64,000 nucleotides of DNA from Podarcis liolepis (Eukaryota). The translations under genes and the position numbers were made by a program. Where the stretch lies: the NCBI GenBank assembly GCA_965112155.1, contig OZ218100.1. One strand, given 5' to 3'. The notes below the pieces were generated by a model, which saw only the letters and a program-made list of their open reading frames with translations, was not told the origin of the DNA and searched no databases. The first letter of the stretch is position 1, and each line of letters starts with the position of its first letter. This document shows, piece after piece, positions 1 through 11,888 of the stretch.

Positions 1-894
1 CAAAAAAAGGAGAACGGGACCTCTTGCTCGCGCAATGTTTACCTAGCTTGGGTGAGGTCATACATGTAATACGTTTGCCTACGCTCGGATATTGTTCAGA
101 ACGCTTGCTTCTCTTTCTGCATCCGCGAGGGGTCGCCTTTTGCAGAGCGAAGCTGCTCTGTCCTGCAACCGTTGTGCAGGATTCATATACAATGTCGGAA
201 GCCAAGGAGGGGGGCGAAAGACGGATGTACACAACTGGAGAGGCTCGGGGAATTTGGGGAGGCGGGGTGCATTATTTATTTTACCCTCAGCAGCCCCAGG
301 GTAAACCTCTTCCGCAGGCACTTGTCCGTTTAAGGACGAAGAAGCTGCAGCTTCCCTCTTTCTCCCGTACTACGCAATCCCAGGTCAACGCATACTTGCA
401 ACAAAGCCTGAGACAAAGCCCAGGCAATTATCGTGTTCCACCCCACCCACCACCTCTCTCTCTCCCTGCTTCCTTCTGCAAAATTCCTCGCCTGAACGGA
501 AGCTTTGCAAAATAAAATAAAAATCTTGTGCAAAAAATTAAAATAAAATACATTGGGGGGGTGGAAGAGGGCAGGATGACACCGGGAAGGAGGCGGGCGC
601 TTGTCACGCACGGCGTTTATCTTCAATGAGGAGCTGCTCCCTGCGAGGTTTGCTCCCGAGTAAACTTGCACCTAGATCCACCAGGTCGGTTGGCATTGCC
701 AACTGGTGGTGCGGGGGGGGGGGAGAGAGAAAGAAAGAAAGAGAGACGCCTCCTCTCCTTTGCAAAGTGCGCGACCCACCCACGATCAGGCGGCGGAGCA
801 AAACCCAGCGGGAGTGCGCGTCGGCGGCTTTGCATTTCTTTTGCAAGCGCCTCTCCTGCCGCCGCTTTGCAAAGAGAAGAAAAGAAGAAGCAGA

Positions 895-1090
895 GGGGAT
901 TTTGGCGCCAAATGCCTGGCACCTCCCCTGCTTTTATGGAAATCAGGGGGGTGGGGTTAAGGCTGGATCTCTCCCTCTCTCTTCCACTCCCCCCCTTTTC
1001 CCTCCCCGGGTGTGTCAGGATTTTTTTGATTTTTTTTTCTTGGGTAGTTAATAACATACAAGAGCTTCAAAGCCCACTCAGTGACAGTCA
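895..1090 (+). promoter_or_regulatory. MYCN: MYCN core promoter with palindromic E2F site (TTTGGCGCCAAA, 901-912), CT-rich tract and TATA-like GTTAATAA (~1047)
   Basis: GGATTTTGGCGCCAAA...CCTCCCCTGCTTTTATGGAAATCAGG...CCCCGGGTGTGTCAG...GAGCTTCAAAGC...GTGACAGTCATCTGTCTG closely matches my recollection of the human MYCN proximal promoter and mRNA start. Confidence 0.8.
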
Positions 1091-1286
1091 TCTGTCTGCA
1101 AGCAAGGGTGGATGCGGAGGCTTAAGCCCGGCTGGAGGGTGGGGGGGTCGACCGGGCTTGCTGGTGCTCTGGAAAGTGCAAGGACATCCTCGGGCTTAAC
1201 TCGCGCGCCCCCCACCCCCAGTCCTCTCTCCCTCGCCCCCCACGCACCCACCCATTTTCCGTGCAGCAGCCACCGCCATCCAGCAG
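1087..1286 (+). other. MYCN: MYCN exon 1 (5' UTR; contains upstream ATG at 1112)
   Basis: Begins GTCATCTGTCTG like the human mRNA; ends at a strong donor CAG|GTAAGA (intron starts 1287). TSS position approximate. Confidence 0.75.
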
Positions 1287-3054
1287 GTAAGATGTGCCCG
1301 GGTGCGCGCGCGCAAAAAGAGCCACTTGGGAGAGGGGGGAAAAAAGAAGAGAATAAAATCTTGTCTTAACCGATGCAGCCCAAGCCTCAATTTGGAGAGG
1401 TGGGGTGCCGTTGGGTGTGTTGTGTTGTGTTTTTTTTTGTTTTTTGTTTTTGTTTGTTTGGAAGGATACCTAGTGTCTCCTGATGGCTGGCGCGTTGTCT
1501 ATGCGTGTGTTGTTGTTGTTTGTTGTTTCCCTCATTCATCGCAAGCCAACCATGCTGCGGTTTATTTTTATTTATTTCCGCCGCCTCCCCCCCCCCGCCC
1601 TCCCACCGCGCGCTTAAAACTGTTGATGTGGCTGCGCGAGGAGCTTGCGCGCGTCTGCGCTTTTGTGCCCTTTGCTGCGTTCCGCGCGAAGAAATTTAGC
1701 AAGCCTTGGGTGGAGGTGAAATAATAATAATAATAAATAGTGGCGATCTCTCGTGTACAATAGTGGGAGCGATCAGGGGGGCGGGGCAGGCGAGAGCAGC
1801 AGCTGGGATGGCTTCGTATCCGCGGTGTGGGTTGCTTCGGCGAGCTCCGGTCGGGAAAGCTTTTCCGTTCCGAGCAGTTATTATTGCTATTGATCCCGGG
1901 CTTCATTACAGAAAGGGGGGGGGGAGAAAATCTCCCCCGCTTTCCTCTCCTCCCTCCCCTGCTTTCCTTTAATATCCCGGTGCCCGCGACGTCCATTCAG
2001 CATGGACGGGGTTTTTGTTTTGTTTTTGCTTTGGTGGAAACCTATTGCAGACTTTTACATGTCTGGACTGGCGCGATCCTGCTTTTTGCGCGCAGAATGG
2101 AGAGGTGCGCTTCGGTGCGTGTGTTGTCCGTTTTAAAATATGCCTGCAAAATCGTGGATGCCTGGGTTGGAACTTGTAGTGTTTTTCTGTTTAATTTTTT
2201 TCGCAATTTACAGCGCAATATATATATTTCCCCCCCTTCCTCCCCAACCAGCCTGCCTGCCCACAATCAGTGTGGCGCAAAAACTTCCTGTCGCCTATAC
2301 TGAGAGGCTGTGTTGGTGTGTGTGAATGAATTTCATTCTGTTGCATAATGCTGCTGCTGCTTTGGGAGACTTCCTAGTTCGCCTTCCTACTCCCCTCTCT
2401 GCGTGTGGGTTTCTGGAAGCGCGCTTGGGAGTGAACGGAATGGCAATTTGCAAAGTAGCGCCGAGCGCGCCTCTCCCCTCCATTCCCCCCCCCCAACATC
2501 CGTCGTCCTCCTTTTCCCTCTCTCTGCGTAGCCTGCAGATGACAAAAGAGGGCAGAAACTTCCTCTTACTTTGCTCGAATATCCAGAGGGTGGGTGGGTT
2601 CTTCCCCCCCCCCCCACGGTGTCTGCCGCTGGATGAATTTCTCCCTGCATCTGTGAACATTTCCTCCCCTCCCCGGATTGAAGGGGGTGCGCCCCAAGGA
2701 ACAGACTTGAGAGACAGCAGCATGCAGGAGTTGAAGACAAGTCCTTGTACATTCATATAGCCCTGTTCAGATTTTCCTGCTGTTTCTCTACAGAAGGTAG
2801 AAGAAACCCGGGAACTGTTGCTGTATGTGGGTGGAGAGCTTTTGTTTCTGTGGGACTGTATCACAGGATAGGTGTGTGTTTCTGATTTTTTTTTTAAAGT
2901 CTAATTTGTTTTTGTTTTTTCCCCCCTCCCACTTCTCTCCTGCTTAGTTTGTGATCCTGCCTGGAAAGGCGATTGGGGGGGGTGCATCTCCTTTCACACC
3001 AAGTGGGGAAAAAACAAAACACAAGATTTCTTCTCGGAAGGAAAGTACGCAGAG

Positions 3055-3871
3055 ATGCCAGGGATGGTCAGTAAAAACCCAGATCTTGAATTCGACTCCT
3101 TGCAGCCTTGCTTCTACCCGGACGAAGATGATTTTTATTTGTGCGGTCCTGACTCTGCTCCCCCGGGGGAGGACATCTGGAAAAAGTTCGAGCTACTGCC
3201 TACACCTCCCTTGTCTCCCAGCCCGGCAGGTCTGCAAGAAAACCCCCCCGGGGGAGCCCCCGTTTCGAGTTGGGGCGGGGCGGGGACTCTAGGGGGGTTC
3301 CGAACCGCCGACCCTCTGGACTGGGCTTCGGAATTGCTGCTCTTGCCCCCGGAAGCGGACCTGTGGGGCGGCGGCGATGGAGGGGACTCCTTCGAGACCG
3401 GCTTGGGGGAGAACAGCAACCTGAACGCCATCATCATCCAGGACTGCATGTGGAGCGGCTTTTCCGCCAGCGAGAAGCTGGAGAGGGCAGCGGCTAACGA
3501 GAAGCCGCAGAGCAAAGGAGGAACAGCTGTCGCGCCGGCCACAGCTGGGTCTACAGCCGCCGCTGCTGCCGCCGCCGCCACCACCACCGCCAGCAGCTCT
3601 GCGAACAATGGCAGCAGCAGCAGCAGCCAGGCGCAGCTGAACAACTCTGTATCGGAGTGCGTGGATCCAGCCGTGGTTTTCCCCTTCCCTATGAACAAGA
3701 GGGAGCCGGCTGCTCCTGCTGCAGCGGCTGGGATCCGGGGGAACCTTGGCGGCGGCAGCGAGGCGGTTCCAGGGGTGGCGGCTCCTGCTCAGCACAGCGG
3801 CTGCCACCCAAGCGCAGCCAGTGACAGCCGGACCGGCAGCAGCTCTGGCGATGACACGCTCAGCGATTCCG
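3055..3871 (+). CDS. MYCN: N-Myc proto-oncogene protein, coding exon 2 (transactivation domain: MB0, MBI, MBII, MBIIIa)
   Basis: [28 protein letters not shown]; [20 protein letters not shown]; [14 protein letters not shown]; MBIIIa [12 protein letters not shown]; ends DDTLSDS with phase-1 donor G|GTAAAT at 3872. Likely exon acceptor after polypyrimidine tract TGCTTAG|2948. Confidence 0.97.
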
Positions 3872-4014
3872 GTAAATAGCCACATGCTTTCCCGCTCCAT
3901 TGGGAGGGGGTGTGTGTTTCGACTTGCAACGCTCTTCCCCCTGCCCCTCACAGCAAGCCAGCACAGTAGCACAGCTGCCTTGCTTCAGTTGTGCCACCAG
4001 CCAGAGTGGCGACA

Positions 4015-4147
4015 GCTATGCCTGGATAGCTCAGTTGGTTAGAGCAGGGTGCTGATAACTCCCGGGGTTGCAGGTTCGATCCCCGTATAGGACAGCTGCA
4101 TTGCAGGGGGTTGGACTTAAAGGTCCTCAGGATTATGATTCTGTGAA
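4015..4147 (+). mobile_element. tRNA-derived SINE with CR1-like 3' tail (Squam2-like) in MYCN intron 2
   Basis: A box TAGCTCAGTTGG, B box GGTTCGATCCC, then GCATTGCAGGGGGTTGGAC...ATGATTCTGTGA; related copies at 4450-4572(-), 36098-36240(+), 43876-44003(-), 54825-54978(+), 56228-56328(-). Confidence 0.7.
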
Positions 4148-4449
4148 TCGATAGGAAGCTGGGTGGGTGATCACCAGTGGTTGGGTGGCTGATCACCAAC
4201 GCTGTTGAATGATCCCAGCTCCATTAGGCTGGTGCATTTGGACAGAGCTGCCTCTTTACCTAGAGAACAAGGAAATGATATCTTCCGGTTGTTTTGTTTT
4301 GTCTCCCAGGCTGTAACCTTTTCCTTCCTGCATCCAAATCATAGCTAAGGCTTACTCCTCCCCCCCCCCTTTACACACCAAACCAAAGTATGCAGATCTG
4401 TATATCTCAGGTCATGTCTCAGTAATAGTAAGACTGAGTGGAAGTTACT

Positions 4450-4572
4450 CACAGAATTCTAGAGCTGGAAGGAACCTTGTGGTTCTTCCCTGCAATGCAG
4501 GAATATGCAGCAGGATTGAACCTGCAACCTTGGCGATTTATCAGTACAGCACTCTTAACCAATTGAGCTATG
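4450..4572 (-). mobile_element. tRNA-derived SINE (same family as 4015)
   Basis: Reverse-complement A/B boxes (AACCAATTGAGCTA, GGATTGAACC) and CR1-like tail. Confidence 0.6.
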
Positions 4573-6151
4573 CCCAAGGTGGCTTGATCTCGAGGTGAAC
4601 CTTCTGCTACAAAGCAATAAGGTGGAAAGAGAGGTTTAAAGCAGAGGTGGGAGGGGGAGACACCGGGAACGAGAGAGGCCATTTGACTCCTGTGGAATTG
4701 AGGGAGGGGTAATGAATGCTGCTGATATTTATGCCCAGGAGCTCTGCAAAGACAGGATACATAGGGCTACTGTGTTTGTTTCATAGGGAGAAAATGCTTG
4801 TAGAATGTAGTCTGCTTGCATTATTATTATTATTTTTTAAAAAGATTAATAAATAATAATCTAGACTGGCTTTCCAAACTGGTAGGTGAGTTTAATTGCT
4901 TCCCTGCTAGAAAATTACAAAGCTTGACCAGTAGGTGGCAGGGTACATGCCTCTCTCAGATCATTATTCTTATCAAAAAAGTTTCCCTTGGGGACTCCCG
5001 TTCCAGACAGTTGTATGGGTTCCTCCTACCTTACACACAAACTTTGCAGTGCTGATGATGGATGGATGGAAGAAATTCATTTTAAAAAATAAATCTGCAA
5101 ACCTACAACATATTTATGCTAAACATCACTGCAGTTCTGCAGCTGGTTCCATTTCTGCTGCCATATATACTATATACAAGTTTTGCATGCAACAGCGTAT
5201 TGTGAAAACACAAGAGCGATTTGCTCTTTTGTGCTGGGCATGGATTGTTTATTTTGCACGAGGCATCAAAAATTCATGCTTTCCCTCATCGTCCAGCAAT
5301 TTAGCAGGTGTTTTAGAAGGGCGGTAATAAAAAATGCTGAGCTACAAGTTAAGTGAAACATTTACACTCCTGGTGGGAGAGAGGGATGGTAATAAACACA
5401 GCTTCCCATATGTAAATGAGAGTATCCCTATGACCAGAATCATAAAGTTGACGAACAGCCTCCTGTTTCAAAACACTCGCTGCTCCCTTCATGTCTGCAT
5501 CTTGACAGCTTTGAGTGAAGGAGCATTTCCTCCCAACAGCTGTCTTCCTGGCAGTAAACCAAAACTTTGGCTACCAACTGGAAGAGCTCTGCATTCCCTG
5601 TTAGAACAAATCCAGCTATTGTTTGGTTTCCCAGTCCCTTTTCAGTCAAGCAAGATGTGCGTGTGTGTACATTTAATGTGCATTGTGTGCCTGCTTGTAT
5701 TGTCCGTGCAATTTAGAGCACAGACTGGTAGCTTAAAATGCAAATTAGGGTATTTCGTTTCCAGATTTATTTTCATCCTCCTATGATTATTTGGGTTGCA
5801 AATTTATTTGCTTTCCTGCACAGCTTGAAATCCAGTGCTTTGTGCTATTTCTTGTGGATCTAGAGCTACATCTTGGTTACAAGACCTGCAGAACTATATA
5901 GCATAGCATGTAGCCTCTAAGGCACATGTATACAAAGTCCTTTCTCTTTTACCTTTAAATGCTGTTTCCCTGCTTCCACTGCCTCTTTTGCGTTGCTTAA
6001 ATATTTATACATGGGCATTTGCCTTGGGAATTGCTTTCATTTCGTACACATATATGCTAATTAATGCTAAATGCTTGAGAGCCTTCTGGTGTGCTTTCCT
6101 GAGATGATAACATCTCCCTGTTTCTTCTCTCTCTCCCCGATGTGTTAAAAG

Positions 6152-6750
6152 ATGAAGATGACGAAGAGGAGGAGGACGACGAGGAAATTGACGTGGTCAC
6201 CGTGGAAAAGAGGCGGTCCTCATCCTACAAGGCCGTGACCACCCTCACGGTTGCAACGCGCCCCAGAAGCGCCACCTCCTTTGCCTCCGTGAGAACTCAG
6301 CCAAACGAAGTCCTTCTAAAGCGCTGTGCCCCTATTCACCAGCAGCATAACTACGCCGCGCCTTCGCCTTACATCGAAAGCGAGGAGGTGCCGCCCCAGA
6401 AAAAGCTAAAAACTGAAGCGCCCCGTCCCGTCAAAGCCATGACCCAACCCAAGGCCAAGAGCTCCAGTCCCCGAAGCTCCGATTCGGAAGACAGCGAGCG
6501 CCGGCGTAACCACAACATCTTGGAGCGCCAGCGGCGCAACGACCTGAGGTCGAGTTTCCTCACGCTTAGGGACCATGTGCCGGAACTGGTGAAAAACGAG
6601 AAGGCGGCAAAAGTCGTCATCTTGAAAAAAGCCACCGAGTACGTTCATTCGCTACACGCCGAGGAGCACAAGTTGTTGCTAGAAAAGGAAAAACTGCAAG
6701 TCAGACAACAGCAGCTGATAAAAAAATTGGAGCACATGCAGACTTGCTAA
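6152..6750 (+). CDS. MYCN: N-Myc proto-oncogene protein, coding exon 3 (acidic region, MBIIIb, MBIV, NLS, bHLH-LZ)
   Basis: Phase-1 acceptor AAAG|AT gives GAT with exon 2; [77 protein letters not shown], leucine zipper, TAA ending 6750. 817+599=1416 nt = 471 aa + stop. Confidence 0.97.
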
Positions 6751-7670
6751 AAAAAAGAGATATTAAAAAAATAAATAACAGCGTTGTTTTTTTGTTTCGT
6801 TTTTTAAAATTGTCTGATCTGGACAGCCACTGCCACTTTGCACATTTTTGATTCCTTAAAGAGAGTTATGTTTTTTGACGTTAAGAATGTTGGTTTTACT
6901 TTTCAATCCAGTCTCCGAATTGGAAGAGACTGCCAAACCGTGACGGGGATGCCTTTTGTATTTCCTCTTAGAACTGTATATGTTCTTTATCATTGTTGTG
7001 AGCCTTTGGATCTGCTTATGACATCCAGTTCAGTTTGGAAATATTCATTCCTTTTTAAATGGTGCTTATGTTCTACCAGGTGTTATGGGGCAAAACCATT
7101 TTGTACCCGGGGGGGGGGGAGGGCGGGGAGAGAGTGGGGAACAAGCCACACCTCTGTAAATAAAATACACACCCACACTTGCCTTTTGTACATGTCTTGG
7201 GTTATGAGAGGTGACNNNNNNNNNNNNNNNNNNNNNNNNNNNNNNNNNNNNNNNNNNNNNNNNNNNNNNNNNNNNNNNNNNNNNNNNNNNNNNNNNNNNN
7301 NNNNNNNNNNNNNNNNNNNNNNNNNNNNNNNNNNNNNNNNNNNNNNNNNNNNNNNNNNNNNNNNNNNNNNNNNNNNNNNNNNNNNNNNNNNNNNNNNNNN
7401 NNNNNNNNNNNNNNNNNNNNNNNNNNNNNNNNNNNNNNNNNNNNNNNNNNNNNNNNNAGAAAACTTTTGTAAAGAAAATTTACTATATATGCCTTTTTTT
7501 CCTAGCCTGTTTCTTCCAGTTAATGTATTTGTTAATGTTTGTTGCATAGAACTGGGTAATTGCAAAGTTCTGTGTTTAATTTCTTCCAACGATGTACATT
7601 TAGTGCTGCATCTTTATAGCACTTTGAAATACCTCATGTTTATGAAAATAAATAGCAGTTAAATGATGTG
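6751..7670 (+). promoter_or_regulatory. MYCN: MYCN 3' UTR with miRNA seed sites and distal polyA signal AATAAA (7647-7652)
   Basis: CACTGCCA (miR-34, 6828-6835), TTTGCACA (miR-19, 6837-6844), TGGTGCT (miR-29, 7060-7066), GCACTTT (miR-17 family, 7619-7625), TACCTCA (let-7, 7630-7636); terminal ~190 nt matches my recollection of the human MYCN 3' end. Confidence 0.85.
7216..7457. other. Assembly gap (242 N) within the MYCN 3' UTR
   Basis: Run of N. Confidence 1.
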
Positions 7671-7814
7671 TTATACTTGCTGCTTTTTATAGACATTTCT
7701 CTACGTTATTTCCGTCCCTTTCATTGATAGAAAATAATGCCTGCAAAAAATGTAATACAACTTAGTATTGCCTGTAATAAATTGCTTGCTGAGCAAACTT
7801 GAGATAGAATTCAA

Positions 7815-7935
7815 TGCTTCCCAACCTTGAGTCTCGGTCTGTTTTTGGACTACAATTCCCATCATCCCTGATCTTGTTAGCTAGGGATGATGGGAGCTGT
7901 AGTCCAAAAACAGATGGCGACTCAAGTTTGAGAAA
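7815..7935. mobile_element. Palindromic hAT-type MITE (GGACTACAATTCCC...GGGAGCTGTAGTCC family)
   Basis: Internal inverted repeat; same family at 9635-9890, 23453-23580, 49393-49503, 52553-52604. Confidence 0.65.
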
Positions 7936-8293
7936 CAGAGTTAGATTTTGGACCAGGCCCGGTATATGAGGTTGGATCAGGCATGGGGTAATGAGTTCAA
8001 TGTAGATTTTCATCAGGTGATCTTTAGAATTAAAAATCAACAGGAACTGTGTTTATCTGAATCATATTTTGCCTATGACCATTCTCAGATTAGCCAATAG
8101 GGATTTTGGACCTTGACTTCCTGCATTTAGGATTGCTATTCTGGTCAGCCTGTTTAGTACCAATTCTGATTCTGGAATGTGCATTTGAATATAACAAAAG
8201 AAATTACAATAGCTATCCCATTGACTTTGGTAGGGATTACTCCTAAGGAAGCCCGCACATGGTGGCAGGCTGTTTACTTGGGAGCATGGCCTG

Positions 8294-8620
8294 GGCGTAG
8301 CCAAGGTGGGGCAGCTGCCCCCCATCAAGTAAAACAATAGCAATACAGTCTTACCTTGGATCCTGAACTCCGCAAACCTGGAAGTGAGTGTTCCGGTTTG
8401 CCAATGTTCTTTGGAACCCGGACATCCAACAGGGCTTCTGATTGGTTGCAGGAGCTTTCTGAAGCCAATTGGAAGCTGCACTTTGGTTTCCCAGTGTTTT
8501 GGAAGTCGAAAGGACTTCTGGAACGGATTCTGTTCAACTTCCGACTGACCAATCATGCTGATTCTGCCCCTCCCTTAACAAAAGTCCTGCCCCACCCTTA
8601 ACAAAAATCCTGGCCATGCC
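8294..8620. mobile_element. Non-autonomous DNA element containing a Tigger-like fragment
   Basis: GGGCGTAGCCA...TGGCCATGCCC termini; internal TACAGTCTTACCTTGG...CCTGGAAGTGAGTG resembles the MITE at 14262. Confidence 0.5.
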
Positions 8621-11600
8621 CATGGAACATGGCCTGTAAAGCTCATAGTATTTACTGCACATGATTAGAACTCTAGGTCAGGATCAAGACTGCCCTGCTG
8701 AAAGGAGAGCAGTGGGAACGAGAGATTTTGAAACACAACCCCTTTCTCCTTTGGGCTTCCCACAGTAGTGTGGCTCTTGAGCCTAGCATTTCAGGCATAT
8801 AACAAAAAAACACTTCTCACAAAGCCCAGTCGGGTTGAGAAAAGAAACTGCTTTCCTCTTAACAGTGGTGCTGTCCTCAAGATTTCTCAGTGCTTCAGTA
8901 AGAACATCTGAACTCTTCCCTATGTGCAGAGATGATCCCCACAGCAAGTTAGCCATTTGCAACTTTGCGTTGCCCACAATATAAAGCACCCAGAACCTGT
9001 TTATTAGTAGGTCTCAACGAGACTCTACAGATTCTCAAACGTAGCTTGGCTAACTTAGCTTGGGTAAACTGGGTGCCTTAAAACTGCAATTCTGACAACG
9101 AGGAAGTTTGTGCTGCCAAATACAGCTTTTTGTGGGCTTTTGTATTTTGCAGTGTTTTTGTATCGCCTGAATCCAGGACATAGGCACTTCAAATTTCACC
9201 CCCCCCCAATAATAATTATACTAATTGTATATTCATTTCTAAGTTCATCTATGCTCGTTGAGTTTAAACAGGGACATTTTTTTTGTTTGTTTACCTTTTG
9301 TTCAGGAGAATGACAGTTCATTGTACTTGTGTGCAGTTGGAACAGCAGTGATTTTTCAGCATAATTGTGCTCTAAAGATCCTGGAATCTGTAGGCAGGTG
9401 TTGCTATTTCAGGATAACAGCCACTGCAGCAGTGGAAGTATAAATGAACCCTGTATAATCAGCTAGGCTCTTATTCATGCTGATGTTTTTTAAATGGAAT
9501 ACCAAAAGACACTAAAAAGTGTTACCCATTTTATAACTTAATATTTTTATGCTAATTATGAATGACCGGTTGAAGACATGTAGCGATGTATTCCTACTAG
9601 CAGGGCCACAATTTTGGAAGTTCCTTACCTTAAAGCAGGGTGGGGACCCTGAGGCCCTTCAGACATTAGACTACGGTTCCCATCATCCCTGGCCATTGGC
9701 CATGCTGGCTGGGGGTGATGGGAGATGGAGTCAACAACATCTGGAAGGCCACATGTTCCCAATGCTTGTCCTGGAGCATGTTTCCCAAACTTGGGTCTCC
9801 AACTGTTTTTGGACTACAATTCCCATCATCCTTAGCTAGCAAGACCAGTGGTCAGGAATCATGGGAACTGCAGCTGGAGACCCAAGATTTCTATCTGCAG
9901 GCTCTCTGACGGTCAGTTAGCAGACTGCAAAAGTGGGGAAACCTCCATTGACCTTCAATTCTCAATTTATTTAAGTGGGGCTTGCACTTTTGCTAAAATT
10001 CTGTCTAGGGGACTGTTCTATTAGGCCAGAGATGGAAACCCCAGACAGCATGGCCAAAGGTCCAGTGGATGGGAGCTGGGAATCCATATGTTATGTGGAG
10101 TTGTATTAGGCCATGCACATGTCATTTTCTTGAAGGATAACTTCTTGTACTTCACTTAGAGACTCTGTTTTGCAGCATACCTGAGCAGCACTTTGCTGAT
10201 GAATTCAAACAGGGATCCAAGAGCCTGGTTGTTGTTTTTTTAAAAAGATGCTAAAGGAGATCTCTTTTTTAAAAAGATACTACAGATACTTCATGATATC
10301 TGCAATAAATACTCAGTGTGTCACATTTTTTCACTCCAGAGGCACAATTAATAAAAGCCTTACTCTGTATAGGGCAGAAAGTTGCCCTATAGTGAGTAAG
10401 GCAATTGCGTACCCTCCAACATTTCTCCGATGAAAATAGGGATGCCCTATTCCACTATTATTATTATTATTACTCCCCTGCCCATCAGACTGGGTTGCTC
10501 CCAGCCACGCTGGGTGGCTTCCAACATATATGAAAACATAATAAAACATTAAAAAATTAAAAGCTTCCCTATACAGGGCTGACTTCAGATGTCTTCTGTA
10601 GGTTGTATAGTTACTTATCTCTTTGGCTTGTGGGGGTCGCATAACTCCATACCCTCCAACATTTCTCCAATGCAAGTAGGGGCAGGAAAAGCAGGACATT
10701 CTGTGATCAAATCAGAAACCAGGGCGGTTTCTGTAAATCCAGGACTATCCCTGGAAAATAGGCTGCAATTGCTCCATCTAGCTCAGTATTGTTTACAATG
10801 CCTTGCAGTGGTTTTCTGGGGTTTCAAATAAGGAACATTCCCAGCGCTACCCAGAGATGCTGGGGACTGAACCTGGGACCATTTGCATGCAAAAGAGACA
10901 CTCTGCCACCAAGCTAATCAAACACTGGCCTGGGACTCTTCAGTCTCTATGAGAATAGCCTGCAACCCACTTCTAGGACTCCCAAGGGTCTTGCTCTTCT
11001 GAGCTTGATATGCTCCCGAGTACACCAAGGTGGTGTGGAAAACCCAATAATCTTGGCTTGCTGAAGGATTCAGAACATCTAAGGCTGCCGTGACAGGCCA
11101 CAACACGTCCATCTCGCACGTGTTCCTTGCAGAATAGAACCAGAACCCTGGCATCTCTTCGTAGGCTTGTTCCAGAAGCACCTCTGCCTGCACCAGAACC
11201 TGTAGTTTTGGACCACATTCCACTTGGGGGGTCCCTCTCCTCACCCCTATTTCACTTGCAATCAGGCAGAACAAACTCAGGAGGCGATTTGCGACATTTT
11301 ACGGAGGACGTTCAAAGATGTGTTTGGATCAACTTAGATCATCGCACCGTAGCATAACTATTTTCTGGACCAAGCTGTGTTTAAGCTGCACGCTATTCCA
11401 TTCTTCACTTCACCCCGTTACTAGGTAGTTTGTTGTCATCCCCTTCCTCTCCCATGGGACTGTATAATCATTTGTGTTTTCTACTGTTTAAGCAAACCGC
11501 ATGCTGGGCTGTTATGCAAAGGGTGGATTGCTTTATTGTCACTTCAGCTTGTCTCCTCCTCCTCCTCCTCCTATTCTTCTTGTGGATATCCTGGTTTACA

Positions 11601-11888
11601 CCTAGTCTGTAAACCTTCTGGGAAATGTCTGGTTTCTTAGTGGGCTTTATAGCGCCTATGTCTGATCCTGAATAAAGATAGCCTCCACCCCTTTTGACTG
11701 ATTCCTTAATTGTCTCAGCATGATGAACTGGGCAGAAACACACTTGCCATCTGCGCTGCTCCTTAGCTAGGTGCGTTTAGGGGTGATACCTAAGAAACCA
11801 CCCCCCTTTCCTCAAGGAAGAACTGAGAAAACTACTTGTGAAAGATCACACTCTGTTTCAGACAATACAAAGTGTGTGTGTGTGTACA

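Larger units (their letters stand above)
550..2300. promoter_or_regulatory. CpG island over the MYCN promoter, exon 1 and 5' part of intron 1
   Basis: Dense CpG/GC content directly upstream of and within the first MYCN exon/intron; boundaries judged by eye. Confidence 0.8.

Noticed and set aside
24-2864. Many overlapping ORFs on both strands around the promoter and intron 1, including possible MYCNOS/NCYM-like antisense ORFs
   Set aside because: Typical of stop-poor GC-rich DNA; no recognisable protein similarity, and NCYM coding capacity is reported as hominid-specific.
3135-3972. Minus-strand ORFs over MYCN exon 2
   Set aside because: Shadow frames of a GC-rich CDS.
4020-4092. tRNA-like sequences here and at 36098, 54825, 61707
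   Set aside because: They continue into SINE bodies and tails and lack a clean acceptor stem, so they are SINE heads, not tRNA genes.
6838-7662. 274-aa ORF across the N run
   Set aside because: Artefact of the assembly gap; the region is 3' UTR.
10918-11274. 118-aa minus-strand ORF in unique sequence
   Set aside because: No ATG start, no recognisable domain and no supporting exons.
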